Assembly (NCBI GenBank): GCA_965223425.1
Contig: OZ245003.1
Coordinates: forward strand, 864,001-928,000
DNA length: 64,000 nt
DNA from: Nitrosopumilus sp.
GTDB taxonomy: Archaea > Thermoproteota > Nitrososphaeria > Nitrososphaerales > Nitrosopumilaceae
Reading direction: 5' to 3'
The position numbers and the translations under genes are program-made. Shown piece after piece: positions 21,801-30,874 of the stretch; position 1 is the stretch's first letter; each line of letters begins with the position of its first letter. The notes under the pieces were generated by a model, which ran no database searches, was not told the origin of the DNA, and worked only from the letters and a program-made list of their open reading frames with translations.

Positions 21801-21954
21801 CTGCGGCTGTAACTGCCTCCTTTTTGTCCATTGAAATTGGTATGATTACCGAGCATGCAGAGAGTTTTTCTGCAGCAGAAAGGAACTTTTTTACCTGACT
21901 TAGCTGCCCTTTTTGTTTCTTCTTGTTTGCAAGACGCCAGCGTTTTGAGCCCAA
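18844..21954 (-). CDS. VirD4/TraG-like coupling ATPase with C-terminal wHTH and PD-(D/E)xK-like domain (start revised to TTG 21954)
   Basis: GASGSGKT, VDPKGD, LALDEFQ, QARSLGLGLILSHQ; TATA-like TTTTAAAA about 25 nt upstream of the TTG; the annotated first 61 aa are an IS remnant. Confidence 0.8.
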   Translation of the reverse strand: MGSKRWRLANKKKQKGQLSQVKKFLSAAEKLSACSVIIPISMDKKEAVTAAGGLVNAGIRSFELWWDSTEKSLQFVLVGEAKDISNFKQAFANMYPNAAFTDLSSTSPEWFDKKSQYQIFDVGTYHGHYTAVFDQTKSHQIITQIANTIQLSKYAWIQFTFRYYSFNAFLRKHVTRLDEKAREIKRGNYLNTSEILLHPDKKPHEHPELGYDFTNNYGGLQKHATLKMQSAHLLMSIRGLIKSDSDLDLHFDEIEALPIENIHSSHEHLTKFRYDYDEFNHENPKKTSIKIEGRKEKHCRLEVFESRLLPDPRPFLDSAVGKYFERGLFSYRERGPLPFLILNLSEIPLFIHLPNPTTPNIGTTRGVSLPVKPSQKAGANIGFFKIKKDFDWQSIWGNIEKSKDIDAAVISPTDFANHFYGVGASGSGKTSLIRLFAKHLESWNNNGKFANAFVYVDPKGDDSHKFIKQCEPDTISGGRVHFLDPQETKFSINPLELPAYQSKEREETVSRYVGYFMKTIEEWYQQSARYVQMERIFRALLFYIYMKHDAPTFLDIHDIILKLQDRGNDALPQIIQTFGTPDPEMRQALTSIATLKGDAFTPLLNRIEQFATDPVLKRMFSVRKGTVNFDEIIRAGRYTVVRISPLNMPQHVQPLAMQAFILKLWFTIQERANKVQDEKDRTQVVLALDEFQIVKDLQVLQLMLEQARSLGLGLILSHQTTEQISDKQLGIITGNSGTQLIGKVNGKDAARIAQIWDPQFQKELMQQFASQEYFHWTIREKAPPGEEQPPPVQFWLNQPPALLTVDEDYDEFVLGQLEKYGSGKVEDTATRQMSAKKSKWIQNISVPFPSQMEWKIMLMLREREMRQADMVDMLKVQNRSEVLAVLKQMISDKILKRTDDTRMSPYALTEKAREDYFDYDVTEIGSAADIEEVTKAAIDVYLKKEMFVTMATQKIRKGQDRTDLVVYDYASQIPISVELESISEVNSHREHVRYNMIKWKDMGFEKCHVWSKNSKIQEIHDALEDKEKKGVKVGVI

Positions 21955-21999
21955 GTCACAAAAAATGATTAGTTTTTTTAAAAGGATAGTACAGGATGC

Positions 22000-22220
22000 A
22001 GAATGCTGCTGTTGCCTGGCAATCGTGGCGTGGTCAGGCACCGGCTCCCTCCAGGGCAGGTCCAGATGCGGCACCATGTTCTGCATGTCCCGGTACGTGG
22101 CATTCAGCATGACTGTCAGCATGCACACGCAGTGCATCTTGGCATCAGAGTGGACTGCCTTGCGCCCCCTGACGTTGTTTCTTGCCGACGGGGGATGGGT
22201 TGTTTTTGATCAAAAAAACT
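22000..22220 (-). pseudogene. IS5-like transposase fragment
   Basis: GC-rich segment encoding TYRDMQ...PVPDHATIAR. Confidence 0.5.
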
Positions 22221-22453
22221 AATTTGTCTGTCAGGAATCTTAGTTCCTGTGTGTGTACCAGATGGTAACTCTTCCAGTAACCATCTTTTCTTTTAATCAT
22301 TGAAGGAGCACACACACACACTCCTGATCCAAATGCATCGCTGTCAAAAAGACGTAATTCGGCGCTCAGAGGTAATTACGCAACAACTTCACTTCAAGGC
22401 CATAGTTTGATGTATAGCACTACAGGATTAGATACAGTGTCCAAAGAAGGATA

Positions 22454-23014
22454 TTATTGAGAAGTCATTTGTCGAATATTTGAAATAAACTGCTTTTCAT
22501 CTAATCCATTTTTGTATTCGTCGCCGGATGCTTGTCCATCTTGTAGTTGATACTTGCCCAAATTGTGACCCATAACAAAATAATGGTCGCCCATTTCAGA
22601 GTTTGGTTCATATCCTATAAACAACACCACATGTTCACCTACTTTGAAATTAGGATGTATTGCACTACTTGTCCAGTATTCATCAGTTTTTCCACCAACT
22701 GTCCTGACTTTTATTTTATCATCCGAATACTTGTTAGTGAATTCTTCCTCTATTACAATTACAGCGTCAGTAAAGACAATTGGTTTATTACCAAATTTTT
22801 CAGAATTTTCATCTACACTAACAATCACGTCTACTATTGTTCCCTTTATCACGTATTGCGCGTTCTCTGCAACATCATGTATTGACCAAGGATCGAGTAG
22901 GCCATCCACATGGGTTATTTGAGGGGAAGTATTCAGCATTGTAGTGGAGGTTATTCCACCGACAGCAACTACTAGAATTGCAGCTATAACGAGGCTTTGT
23001 TTTCTAGTAAACAT
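22454..23014 (-). CDS. Exported partner protein of metalloprotease (module A)
   Basis: N-terminal TM/signal; AQYVIKGTIV...VRTVGG...FKVGEHVVLFI; paralog of 34820-35401. Confidence 0.7.
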   Translation of the reverse strand: MFTRKQSLVIAAILVVAVGGITSTTMLNTSPQITHVDGLLDPWSIHDVAENAQYVIKGTIVDVIVSVDENSEKFGNKPIVFTDAVIVIEEEFTNKYSDDKIKVRTVGGKTDEYWTSSAIHPNFKVGEHVVLFIGYEPNSEMGDHYFVMGHNLGKYQLQDGQASGDEYKNGLDEKQFISNIRQMTSQ

Positions 23015-23597
23015 CGTCTAATTCCTCAGCATCGTCTGTTTGTATGTTTAGTGCATTACAATTGTATGCGCCCCACATCACAGTATGAGCCTGTGTGCCA
23101 CTGTTTGCATCCACAAACTGAATCCAATGGCCTAATTCATGAGTAGCTACGTATTCTATATTGGGGCTAGTCGAAACAGTGCATGTATTATCTGTTTGCC
23201 ATATTCTACCTGACGTATCAAAATCAAAATCAACATCGTTGATGTATCCAAGCCAGTCATAGTTAAAGGTGGTAAGTCCAATTGTGCCGCCTGAAAGATT
23301 GGTTGCACCCACTTCATGACTGCATGTATTCTGTTTGTTGAAACGAAATGATGAGGATTGATCGTTCCAATCAGATATTGCATCGTCTGTTTCATCTGCC
23401 ACATCCTCTCCATTACCAGTACTTCCGACAACATTCATGTTGTCAAATTCACTTTCAAGAAAACAAATATCCGTACTTCCCCAAAAATGTTTATGATTGT
23501 TATAAAGAGGATGATCAGCAAATGCAAATCCCGTCATACTTATTGTGAGCAACACTCCCACAAACGTAATTACTGTCACAACATTCTTCATAGCCAT
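23004..23597 (-). CDS. Secreted matrixin-like zinc metalloprotease (module A)
   Basis: Signal peptide; VATHELGHWIQFVD; Met-turn HTVMW. Confidence 0.7.
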   Translation of the reverse strand: MAMKNVVTVITFVGVLLTISMTGFAFADHPLYNNHKHFWGSTDICFLESEFDNMNVVGSTGNGEDVADETDDAISDWNDQSSSFRFNKQNTCSHEVGATNLSGGTIGLTTFNYDWLGYINDVDFDFDTSGRIWQTDNTCTVSTSPNIEYVATHELGHWIQFVDANSGTQAHTVMWGAYNCNALNIQTDDAEELDDVY

Positions 23598-23690
23598 TAA
23601 TTTCTTTAATCTGTTATATGTGACTTTATGCGCAATCAGTGCATGACCATGATATCCTTTATGTGGAAGACAGTAATGGGCGGTTTTTTA

Positions 23691-23993
23691 TCAGTTTGTC
23701 TGAGTAAGGCCTTTGATTCGTCTAAGTGAATATACAATCAGACCGATGCCAGATATTCCATAGCCAGTAACTAGCAGCGACAGCCTCAAATTAAAGTGGC
23801 AATCTTCTGCCTCCTCCTCTATGTTGCTGTCCATTGATAATTGTGAATACTCCACAGTATCCAACATGCACTGATACGTAAACAGATGAACCGAGTTTAC
23901 ATCCCCCGGGAGTTGCGGAAATGAGGAAAAAAATGAAAACAAGCACAGTAAAAATATCCCAGAGAACAATAATGCAAATGTTTTTTTGAACAT
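23691..23993 (-). CDS. Small two-TM membrane protein
   Basis: Hydrophobic termini around a Cys pair. Confidence 0.5.
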   Translation of the reverse strand: MFKKTFALLFSGIFLLCLFSFFSSFPQLPGDVNSVHLFTYQCMLDTVEYSQLSMDSNIEEEAEDCHFNLRLSLLVTGYGISGIGLIVYSLRRIKGLTQTN

Positions 23994-24059
23994 GGTAAAA
24001 AAAAGGAGTTATGGATATTCATTAATGCTTCGGACTGTCCAGTCTGTTGTGATTGTCCA

Positions 24060-24133
24060 TGGCCTAAAGGGAAGTTGAACCTCCGACAGGTGGGGTTTTA
24101 ATCCACTACGCTACCTGACTGCGTCACCGGCCC
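24060..24133 (-). tRNA. Degenerate tRNA-like gene, apparent anticodon AAA
   Basis: GGGCCGG TG ACGC AGTCAGGTA GCGT A GTGGA TTAAAAC CCCAC CTGTC GGAGG TTCAACT TCCCT TTAGGCC A: 74 nt with tRNA spacing, intact D stem and GGTTCAA; mismatched acceptor and T stems. Confidence 0.5.
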
Positions 24134-24192
24134 ACAACACACATTGCATCTGGCAATATTAAAAACACATACACACACATCAAACCAGCTGA

Positions 24193-25023
24193 TTACCCTA
24201 CAAGCTTGTAAAGGCCGCGGGCATTACTCATTACAGGATCATCTGGAATCAACATCTCAAAGTCCTTCAGTCTTGACAAGAGCTCCTTGTTCATTCCAGG
24301 AATCAGCAGACCGCCACCAGATATTGCTATTGGATACTGGTTGTTGTAATTCTTTGACATTTCACATATCTCGCGTGTAAGATTCTCTGCTAGAATCTTG
24401 GAATATTTCCTGCATGTGTCCTTGTTCTGAAACAATTGCTTTACGTCTAGGTGTGCAAACTTGCCAATCTTTTTTGTAACAAAGTCTGATGCCCACTGTG
24501 AGCTATCCCCATCAATGACCTCCATGCTGTCAATTACAATTATTTCAGTTGTTCCCTGTCCTATGGATACTACAATTCCGCGCTTTCTGCCAAGATCCAA
24601 TATGGTGCCACATGCTTGTGGCACTGCAACACATTGCTCTACATTGAGAATTTTTTTGACCATCTTTGTGATCATATCTTTGCTGTCATACGCATAGTAT
24701 GGCAATCCCACAACAATCTTCACTTTCTCGTTGACATCTACTGGAGTCTTTGCGTTTTTGTATATCTGGTTCATTGATTCCTGTATTAGCATCTCGACTT
24801 GTTTTGTGTATTTTGAGTCAGGCTTTCCCCTGTTGATTGGCCGTATTGCAGATGTTCCCATGGTGTTTATTATGTTTAGAGCAGATTCGCCTACTGCCTC
24901 AGTTGTATTGCCGGCCCAGCTTCCGTGTATTCTTTTTACATAAACTGAGGGAAATCTCACAGAGCCATAGTCTGAAACACATTTGACAAAGCCTGTTCCA
25001 AGGTCTAATCCTATCTTTAGCAC
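24193..25023 (-). CDS. ParM/StbA-like actin-family ATPase
   Basis: IGLDLGTGFVK, VSIGQGTTE, ISGGG. Confidence 0.8.
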   Translation of the reverse strand: MLKIGLDLGTGFVKCVSDYGSVRFPSVYVKRIHGSWAGNTTEAVGESALNIINTMGTSAIRPINRGKPDSKYTKQVEMLIQESMNQIYKNAKTPVDVNEKVKIVVGLPYYAYDSKDMITKMVKKILNVEQCVAVPQACGTILDLGRKRGIVVSIGQGTTEIIVIDSMEVIDGDSSQWASDFVTKKIGKFAHLDVKQLFQNKDTCRKYSKILAENLTREICEMSKNYNNQYPIAISGGGLLIPGMNKELLSRLKDFEMLIPDDPVMSNARGLYKLVG

Positions 25024-25584
25024 AGACCCAAATCAGGTTATAAATTTAAGCCGTTTTTTAGACAACAGGTTACATGGAATATTTTTCCATGATCTCAGAA
25101 ATAACTGGAGATACACGCTTTTTGTTTTCTAACTGGTCATCAATTTTGTCCAAATCCTTGGATAACCCATCTTGTTCCTGAGTTTTTTTAGTTATCTTTG
25201 TGTCTTTTTCAGCACGTTTTGCTTTATCTCTTGTCTCATGCTTCTCCTTGCCTAATTTTTCAATATCTTGATCCAGCTTGATATGGCAATGTGTGCTGCC
25301 CTCCCGGTTTGCACTCTACAGTAGAGCCGCTGTACCGGAAGGCACAACACATCAAAAAAAATAAAACACGTTTAAGACGCAAAACTCTTCACGCGGTAAA
25401 CAAACTTTTCTTAAAGTCATCAGTATCGCGTACAAATCCGCATTCCTTGCAGTACTGCCAAGACCTGTGTCGCAGTATACGCAGTGGCGCATCATAGCTT
25501 ACAGAATACATCCTGCCATAACAGTACGGACATTGCAGCGGTATCTCTATTCTCATCAATGAAAAATAAAGTTTTCAATAAAAG

Positions 25585-26238
25585 TCACACAAGCATTATT
25601 GAAACCATTATTGCAATTACAAACGCTGCAAGCATAAACGGAAATGCAGGCATTGCCCATGTCACAAACACTCCTGTCCTTTCCTCATAGTCAGATTCTG
25701 GAGACGGTGTCTTGAGGCTGATGATCCTTTTGCCATCCCTCACACGCTCTGCACAGAAGGTAAACCTCTCATGAGCCCTTTTCTTGTGTGTTGAATAAAA
25801 CGCCATGATCTTGACTGGTGCAGAGCACTCTACATTCCCAAACAACTGCCTGTGACGAACCAAGTCCTCAACGTTGTATCGCAGATTGTAAAAAAATGCA
25901 GCAAAATGCTCCAATATCAACCCCCCAAAGAACACTGCAGCAGGATTCATCACGATCCCAAAGGATACCGGATATGCAACAGATATCACCAGTATTGCAA
26001 GTGCGTCTGCATCGCCCATCGGAAATATTTTCCACACCAAAAACGCAGTCACGCATCCCGCTGCAACTGCAAACATCACAAAAAAATCAACCTCGCTCCA
26101 GTCAAACACATACAGAATCGCGCCGATGCCTCCCCCTGCAACCCAGAGATAGTCAGGTATCTGCCTTGATCTTACATCATGGTATGATGCAATACAAAGT
26201 ATTGAAAGCATTAGGGCCATCCGTGGTATCTCTAGCAT
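25585..26238 (-). CDS. Prepilin peptidase (A24/PibD-like); start revised to ATG 26238
   Basis: SYHDVRSRQIPD, MGDADA, C-terminal MPAFPF, multiple TM segments. Confidence 0.85.
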   Translation of the reverse strand: MLEIPRMALMLSILCIASYHDVRSRQIPDYLWVAGGGIGAILYVFDWSEVDFFVMFAVAAGCVTAFLVWKIFPMGDADALAILVISVAYPVSFGIVMNPAAVFFGGLILEHFAAFFYNLRYNVEDLVRHRQLFGNVECSAPVKIMAFYSTHKKRAHERFTFCAERVRDGKRIISLKTPSPESDYEERTGVFVTWAMPAFPFMLAAFVIAIMVSIMLV

Positions 26239-26270
26239 CACAATAAAACCGCAGATTAGATAAAAACAGT

Positions 26271-26897
26271 CTAGTGCGGGTTTATCGTCTGTATTGCACC
26301 AGGATCCTCTAGTACAATTTTGTTTAGCGTATTTTCCAATCCAGCAATCCAGCAATGCAGCTCATCTAATGCCTCCTGATGCATCTCAAGTGTGTCTAGA
26401 AAATCTGCATTGATCTGAATGACATGATTTGAGATGTGTTTTGTCATCTCCTTGGAACAGAGAGCAAAGCCTGCATTGGCTATTGTCTTGTAGGAATAAA
26501 TTCCTTTGAAGGTATTTGCAATATCATGCAGGGCGTAAAATGATCTAGAGTTGTTTTTTAGTTGGTTTTTGTGCAGAGCATAGGCCTCAGATATTATGCA
26601 CAGACACAAAAAAGAAATTTCAAACTTGTGGCACAAGACTTTGCATCTGCCATGCAGGGTAAGCTTGTATCTTGCTCCCGGATGACAGTTGTCGACTTTT
26701 TCTATATAATGTTGTTTTGCCAATCTCACCATCAATGAATAATCTACACCAATATTCTGAACATCCCTGCTTGCAAGCATTTTGTGCGGATAAAATTTTG
26801 TGAGTACATTTGTGGTAATGGAATTTGTTCTAAAAGTATGCCTGTTACGTCTAAGATGATACAGCATGTGTGAGGAATAGTCATTTGTGCACGACAT
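26271..26897 (-). CDS. Hypothetical protein, possible winged helix
   Basis: LVRLAKQHYIEK...YKLTLHG-like wHTH pattern; co-oriented with neighbours. Confidence 0.5.
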   Translation of the reverse strand: MSCTNDYSSHMLYHLRRNRHTFRTNSITTNVLTKFYPHKMLASRDVQNIGVDYSLMVRLAKQHYIEKVDNCHPGARYKLTLHGRCKVLCHKFEISFLCLCIISEAYALHKNQLKNNSRSFYALHDIANTFKGIYSYKTIANAGFALCSKEMTKHISNHVIQINADFLDTLEMHQEALDELHCWIAGLENTLNKIVLEDPGAIQTINPH

Positions 26898-26904
26898 TTA
26901 GGAA

Positions 26905-28002
26905 TCACTTCTTAGATCGTTTGGGAGAAGACAGTATCACATATTTTTCTTCCAGTCCCTTTGCCTTTGCCTTTGCAAATGCATTGTAACCTTGAGTTGC
27001 ATTACATTTGCGGATGCGTACTGATTCCATGTCTTCAACATCAAGATAACTTATCACATGGTCAGGAAGCACGTGAGTTGATTTTCCCAAGTCATCAGTA
27101 ATTGAATATGTTCCATTTGTCTCCTTTGTCATTGCAACACGGCCTGTCTTTTTGTGAACTAGCAGATCCGGGTGTGTGCCCTTTATTGGAACGTAGATCA
27201 AGTTTGGATCCTCGCGAATGTATCTGTCTGCCTTTTGCACTGCCTTGGCTGAGGGCTTTGCCTTTGGCCTGTTCTTTGATTTTAGATCCTTTATCTCTTC
27301 ATATTTTGCTATCCTCTCTTCTGTAGGGGAAATCTTTCTCTCTCTGCCAAACTCCTTTAGAGTTGTTGCAAGCGCATCAGAGCTTGGCCATGAAAACTTT
27401 TCATCAGATGTCACTTTGGATATCGTAAATGACTTTATCTGGAGTGCTGCCTGATACTGTTCTTTTTTTGCAATCTTTGAGAGATGGTTGATATAGTATA
27501 CCGGAGTTACAACAAAATACATCTTTTGTGATATCTCATCGATTAGCTCCAGGAGCACGTCTCTTGCCTCATCTGCAATCTCTGCACGTATGGTGGTGAG
27601 CAGTTCGGGGCGCTTGTCAAGCCACAGCATCTTGCATACCTCCCACCTGTCTGTGCCGTCTTGTGCAAGATAGTCTATTACCTGCCGAATCTTGAGTGGA
27701 TCAATTGTCTGCGGATTGAAATTTTTGCGCACATGTGCTATCAAAAGATCCCGCATGCTAGAATAGTCAGTTATGAGAGCATCAGTCTTGCGCACACTTG
27801 CCTTTTTGAGTCCGAGTATGGTCTCAAATTCATTAACGGCGTATAATACGGAGTTTACCCTGCCTACAGATACCGTCTGAATCTCATCGGGATTTGTTTT
27901 GGCTTTTTTGCATATTATCTGGACTAGCTTGGCCGAAGTGTTTTTTGTATATGCTGGGAGCTCCTGTATGGATGAGACGTTTACCTGCTCTGTCTGACTC
28001 AT
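26905..28002 (-). CDS. Hypothetical basic protein
   Basis: 365 aa ORF starting 1 nt after the TFB paralog stop. Confidence 0.65.
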   Translation of the reverse strand: MSQTEQVNVSSIQELPAYTKNTSAKLVQIICKKAKTNPDEIQTVSVGRVNSVLYAVNEFETILGLKKASVRKTDALITDYSSMRDLLIAHVRKNFNPQTIDPLKIRQVIDYLAQDGTDRWEVCKMLWLDKRPELLTTIRAEIADEARDVLLELIDEISQKMYFVVTPVYYINHLSKIAKKEQYQAALQIKSFTISKVTSDEKFSWPSSDALATTLKEFGRERKISPTEERIAKYEEIKDLKSKNRPKAKPSAKAVQKADRYIREDPNLIYVPIKGTHPDLLVHKKTGRVAMTKETNGTYSITDDLGKSTHVLPDHVISYLDVEDMESVRIRKCNATQGYNAFAKAKAKGLEEKYVILSSPKRSKK

Positions 28003-28003
28003 G

Positions 28004-28714
28004 CTAGTTTACCCCCATCTCATCTAGTGCGATATCTACTGCCCGCCTTGCCCTGTTCTGATGATTTCCATGAAGGCATGAGAAATTATTCATTACCCTT
28101 ACCTTGAATCTGTCATAATCCCTCGAGTCTGCAAACAGATGCTGTTTGCGTGATATTGCTAGATTGAGATAATAGCTTGACGAGTGGCCCTCGTTTGTAT
28201 TGATTCCAAGGTGCAGTGCGTCATCGTGTATTTCAGATATCACACTTAGCATGCTCGGGGTGTTTTTAACGCACAATACTGACTGCACTGCTTCTTGAAT
28301 CTGCATCTCGTCTATTGCCTGACTTGATTCCCTGCATGCGACATATATGGAAAACGTGGCACACTTTGCCCTAGTGTAGTATGTCTTGCTTCGAAGCAGG
28401 TGGTATATCTTCCATGCCCTCTGTTGAATGGAGTTTGAGAGTTTTAGCTTGCTGCATATGTTGGAAAACTCTGATGCACTAGAAGAATAGATGTGAATTT
28501 TTTTGTTTACCACTTTCATGTCTTTTGGGTCACATCCGTTTTCCACCTGGTGGTACAGTGGAATTACGCTGTTTTGCGTAACCAGTGAATCATCAAACAT
28601 CTTTTCTTCTAAGACAACTCCACACTTGCAGACAGATTCGCCATCAGATGTGACAGTTATGTCATTGGGCCTGTTGTGCTTGCATGTAATCAATAATTGA
28701 AACAGTTTTTTCAT
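28004..28714 (-). CDS. Divergent transcription factor B (TFIIB) paralog
   Basis: Zn-ribbon DGESVCKCGVVLEE; cyclin-repeat ICSKLKL...ATFSIYVACRE. Confidence 0.7.
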   Translation of the reverse strand: MKKLFQLLITCKHNRPNDITVTSDGESVCKCGVVLEEKMFDDSLVTQNSVIPLYHQVENGCDPKDMKVVNKKIHIYSSSASEFSNICSKLKLSNSIQQRAWKIYHLLRSKTYYTRAKCATFSIYVACRESSQAIDEMQIQEAVQSVLCVKNTPSMLSVISEIHDDALHLGINTNEGHSSSYYLNLAISRKQHLFADSRDYDRFKVRVMNNFSCLHGNHQNRARRAVDIALDEMGVN

Positions 28715-28810
28715 GTGGAATCATCATAAATGCGTTAAGATATTTAACGAGTTTGGAATTTGATCCACTTTGAATACACCACTTTGAGTACACAAGGCAG
28801 TGCGCTACTT

Positions 28811-30175
28811 CAGTAGTTCCCAGATGTAGATTTGTGCCCAGATGTAGGTTTATGCCCAGATGCCGGTGCGTTACCGCATATTGCAATGCAAAGATCCAGA
28901 TTAGGTTACGGTGTGCAAGATGTCATGAGCACTCAAACACACGACGATCTGATCGCACACCAGTACGACATAGCATCAAACCGGTTTAAAATCTTGCGCT
29001 CGTCGTTTCAAAAGCTTGGCATGCCAATGTCTGAGAGGCACAACGCCGTATACGGATGCAATGACATACTGGACGTGCCAATCAGGGCGTCTGAGAGAAA
29101 CACGTTTGTAGAATCCCTCGTACGGCACAACAGGCTTCAAGACACGGGTGCACGTACGCCTGATGCAGACCTGGTCATGTCTGCAGTCCGTGGCGTCAAA
29201 CCGGCAGACGTGCAGGCCTGGTGTGCAAGGACGCTGGCACGCACGGTGCGGCACGCCCGCCATACAGGAATGCTGCAGGACATCGACGCCATTGCAATAG
29301 ACGTTACGGACATACCATACCATGGAGAGCAGCTGCAGGAGCATACAAGAAAGTCGCGTCCAAGGGCAGGAACATCCACGTTTCTCTCGTATGTCGCAGT
29401 GCACGGAGTCGGCAGGGACTCCTCGCAGATTGTCCTGGAATCGAAGCTGCTGCCGGCAAAGGAAAAACTGGCCGATTTTATAGCCAAAACACGCACGAAA
29501 ATCCTCAGAGGGGGCGCACACTCAAAGACTGTGTTCCTGTACGACCGCGCCTTTTACAACGTTGACTGCATGACAGAGGCAGGAAAGGGCGGGTGCCGCT
29601 ACATTATGCCTGTCATCATGAACTCCAAGATCAAGAGGATAGTCAAGATGTACAAGGACGGAAAGGCAAGCCAGGTATCGCAGCAGTCAATGACCAACAA
29701 AGACGGCGTAACTGTGACCTACAACCTTGTAATTGTCAAAAGAGACAGGAAGAAGAAGAAAAAGGGGGAGGGGGAAGAGGAGGAGGAGCAATACATTGCG
29801 TTTGCAACAAACATTCCCATCAGGAGCGCCAGAGCCATGACAGGCATCATACCGGAGCAGTACCGCAAGAGATGGGGCATCGAGACGGGGTTTCGCGTCA
29901 TAAAGGAGATCATGGGCAGGACATGCAGCAACTCCCTGTCTGTGAGGCTGCTGATGTTTTACCTGCCGCTGCTGCTGTACAACCTGTGGAGGATTGCCAG
30001 GTTCTGCCTTGATGCGGGAAAGAGGCATGGAAGAGTGTCTTCTGCGGGAAAAAAACTCACCATGGCGTTGTTTATCGTGTACATTACAAGCAGAAACGAG
30101 TTGTTTGTCAATGATCGAGGCAAGTAGAACCGATGCCAGTTGCGGTTGCGGTAAATCTACATCTGGGAACTACTG
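28811..30175 (+). mobile_element. ISH3-like insertion sequence
   Basis: 23-bp perfect TIR cagtagttcccagatgtagattt / aaatctacatctgggaactactg; 4-bp TSD ACTT. Confidence 0.9.
28832..30127 (+). CDS. ISH3-like DDE transposase (start probably 28886 or 28925)
   Basis: AIDVTDIPYHG, LYDRAFY, YRKRWGIETGFR. Confidence 0.9.
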   Translation: MCPDVGLCPDAGALPHIAMQRSRLGYGVQDVMSTQTHDDLIAHQYDIASNRFKILRSSFQKLGMPMSERHNAVYGCNDILDVPIRASERNTFVESLVRHNRLQDTGARTPDADLVMSAVRGVKPADVQAWCARTLARTVRHARHTGMLQDIDAIAIDVTDIPYHGEQLQEHTRKSRPRAGTSTFLSYVAVHGVGRDSSQIVLESKLLPAKEKLADFIAKTRTKILRGGAHSKTVFLYDRAFYNVDCMTEAGKGGCRYIMPVIMNSKIKRIVKMYKDGKASQVSQQSMTNKDGVTVTYNLVIVKRDRKKKKKGEGEEEEEQYIAFATNIPIRSARAMTGIIPEQYRKRWGIETGFRVIKEIMGRTCSNSLSVRLLMFYLPLLLYNLWRIARFCLDAGKRHGRVSSAGKKLTMALFIVYITSRNELFVNDRGK

Positions 30176-30264
30176 ACTTGGCACGCCAAAGGATATCCCC
30201 TTTGAAACATCTGAAGTTGCCTGCTTTGGATTGCTGTTTTTAACAGGTTCGTCTTTTCAAACCG

Positions 30265-30534
30265 TTGGCAGAAGAATTGTCTAAAATTGCGCCGTACAGG
30301 GTCAAGATCAATGCAACACCATGCATTCTAGTCACAAAAAACGACTCTGTTCTCATATCCTTTGAGAGACTAAAAAAATCATTTGAAATTCCACACGATA
30401 CAGTTCGGTGCATCCAGCATCGCAGAAACTCGATACTGCTCAACGCAGAGAAAAACACAAAGCTTGTGGCATATGTGATTACAACATCTAATGCAAAAAG
30501 GATATACAAAAAAATAATCAGTCAGATGGAATAG
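30265..30534 (+). CDS. Small hypothetical protein (possibly a fragment)
   Basis: 89 aa beta-rich ORF next to the IS. Confidence 0.35.
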   Translation: MAEELSKIAPYRVKINATPCILVTKNDSVLISFERLKKSFEIPHDTVRCIQHRRNSILLNAEKNTKLVAYVITTSNAKRIYKKIISQME

Positions 30535-30874
30535 ATATTGTATCCATCGCTCCCAGCAATTGTTTGTACTGCTTGGTTCTAAACTCAAAGAAGCACTCTG
30601 TATCCTCTAGCCACGTTATGCGAAATTTTTGCGTGCCAAACAGTACTGATCCGACTGGTGCAAACTTTTTGATGACTTTACGTGGTATGAAATTAAGGTA
30701 GATCCCCCTCCCATCTACCTCGTATGCTACTGCCATGTTTGTAATGCACAAAACTCCGTTTCCCTGATTTGAGTTTGCCTGGATTTCAAGCAGCTTTCTC
30801 TCACAGATATTTTTGCGTACAAATATGGTCATGTCAACCTTCTGCGAGTCATTTGGATGCCCCGCCTGCCGCAC
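30518..30874 (-). CDS. Small PH-fold-like hypothetical protein
   Basis: GVLCITNMAVAYE pattern; follows the VirB6-like gene. Confidence 0.45.
   Translation of the reverse strand: MRQAGHPNDSQKVDMTIFVRKNICERKLLEIQANSNQGNGVLCITNMAVAYEVDGRGIYLNFIPRKVIKKFAPVGSVLFGTQKFRITWLEDTECFFEFRTKQYKQLLGAMDTISIPSD

Noticed and set aside
21830-21860. Partial resemblance of the mini-array spacer to the coupling-protein gene
   Set aside because: About 11-12 matching bases, expected by chance
21955-22137. N-terminal 61 aa of the 1097-aa ORF
   Set aside because: Reads through an IS5-like remnant; a TATA-preceded TTG at 21954 is a better start
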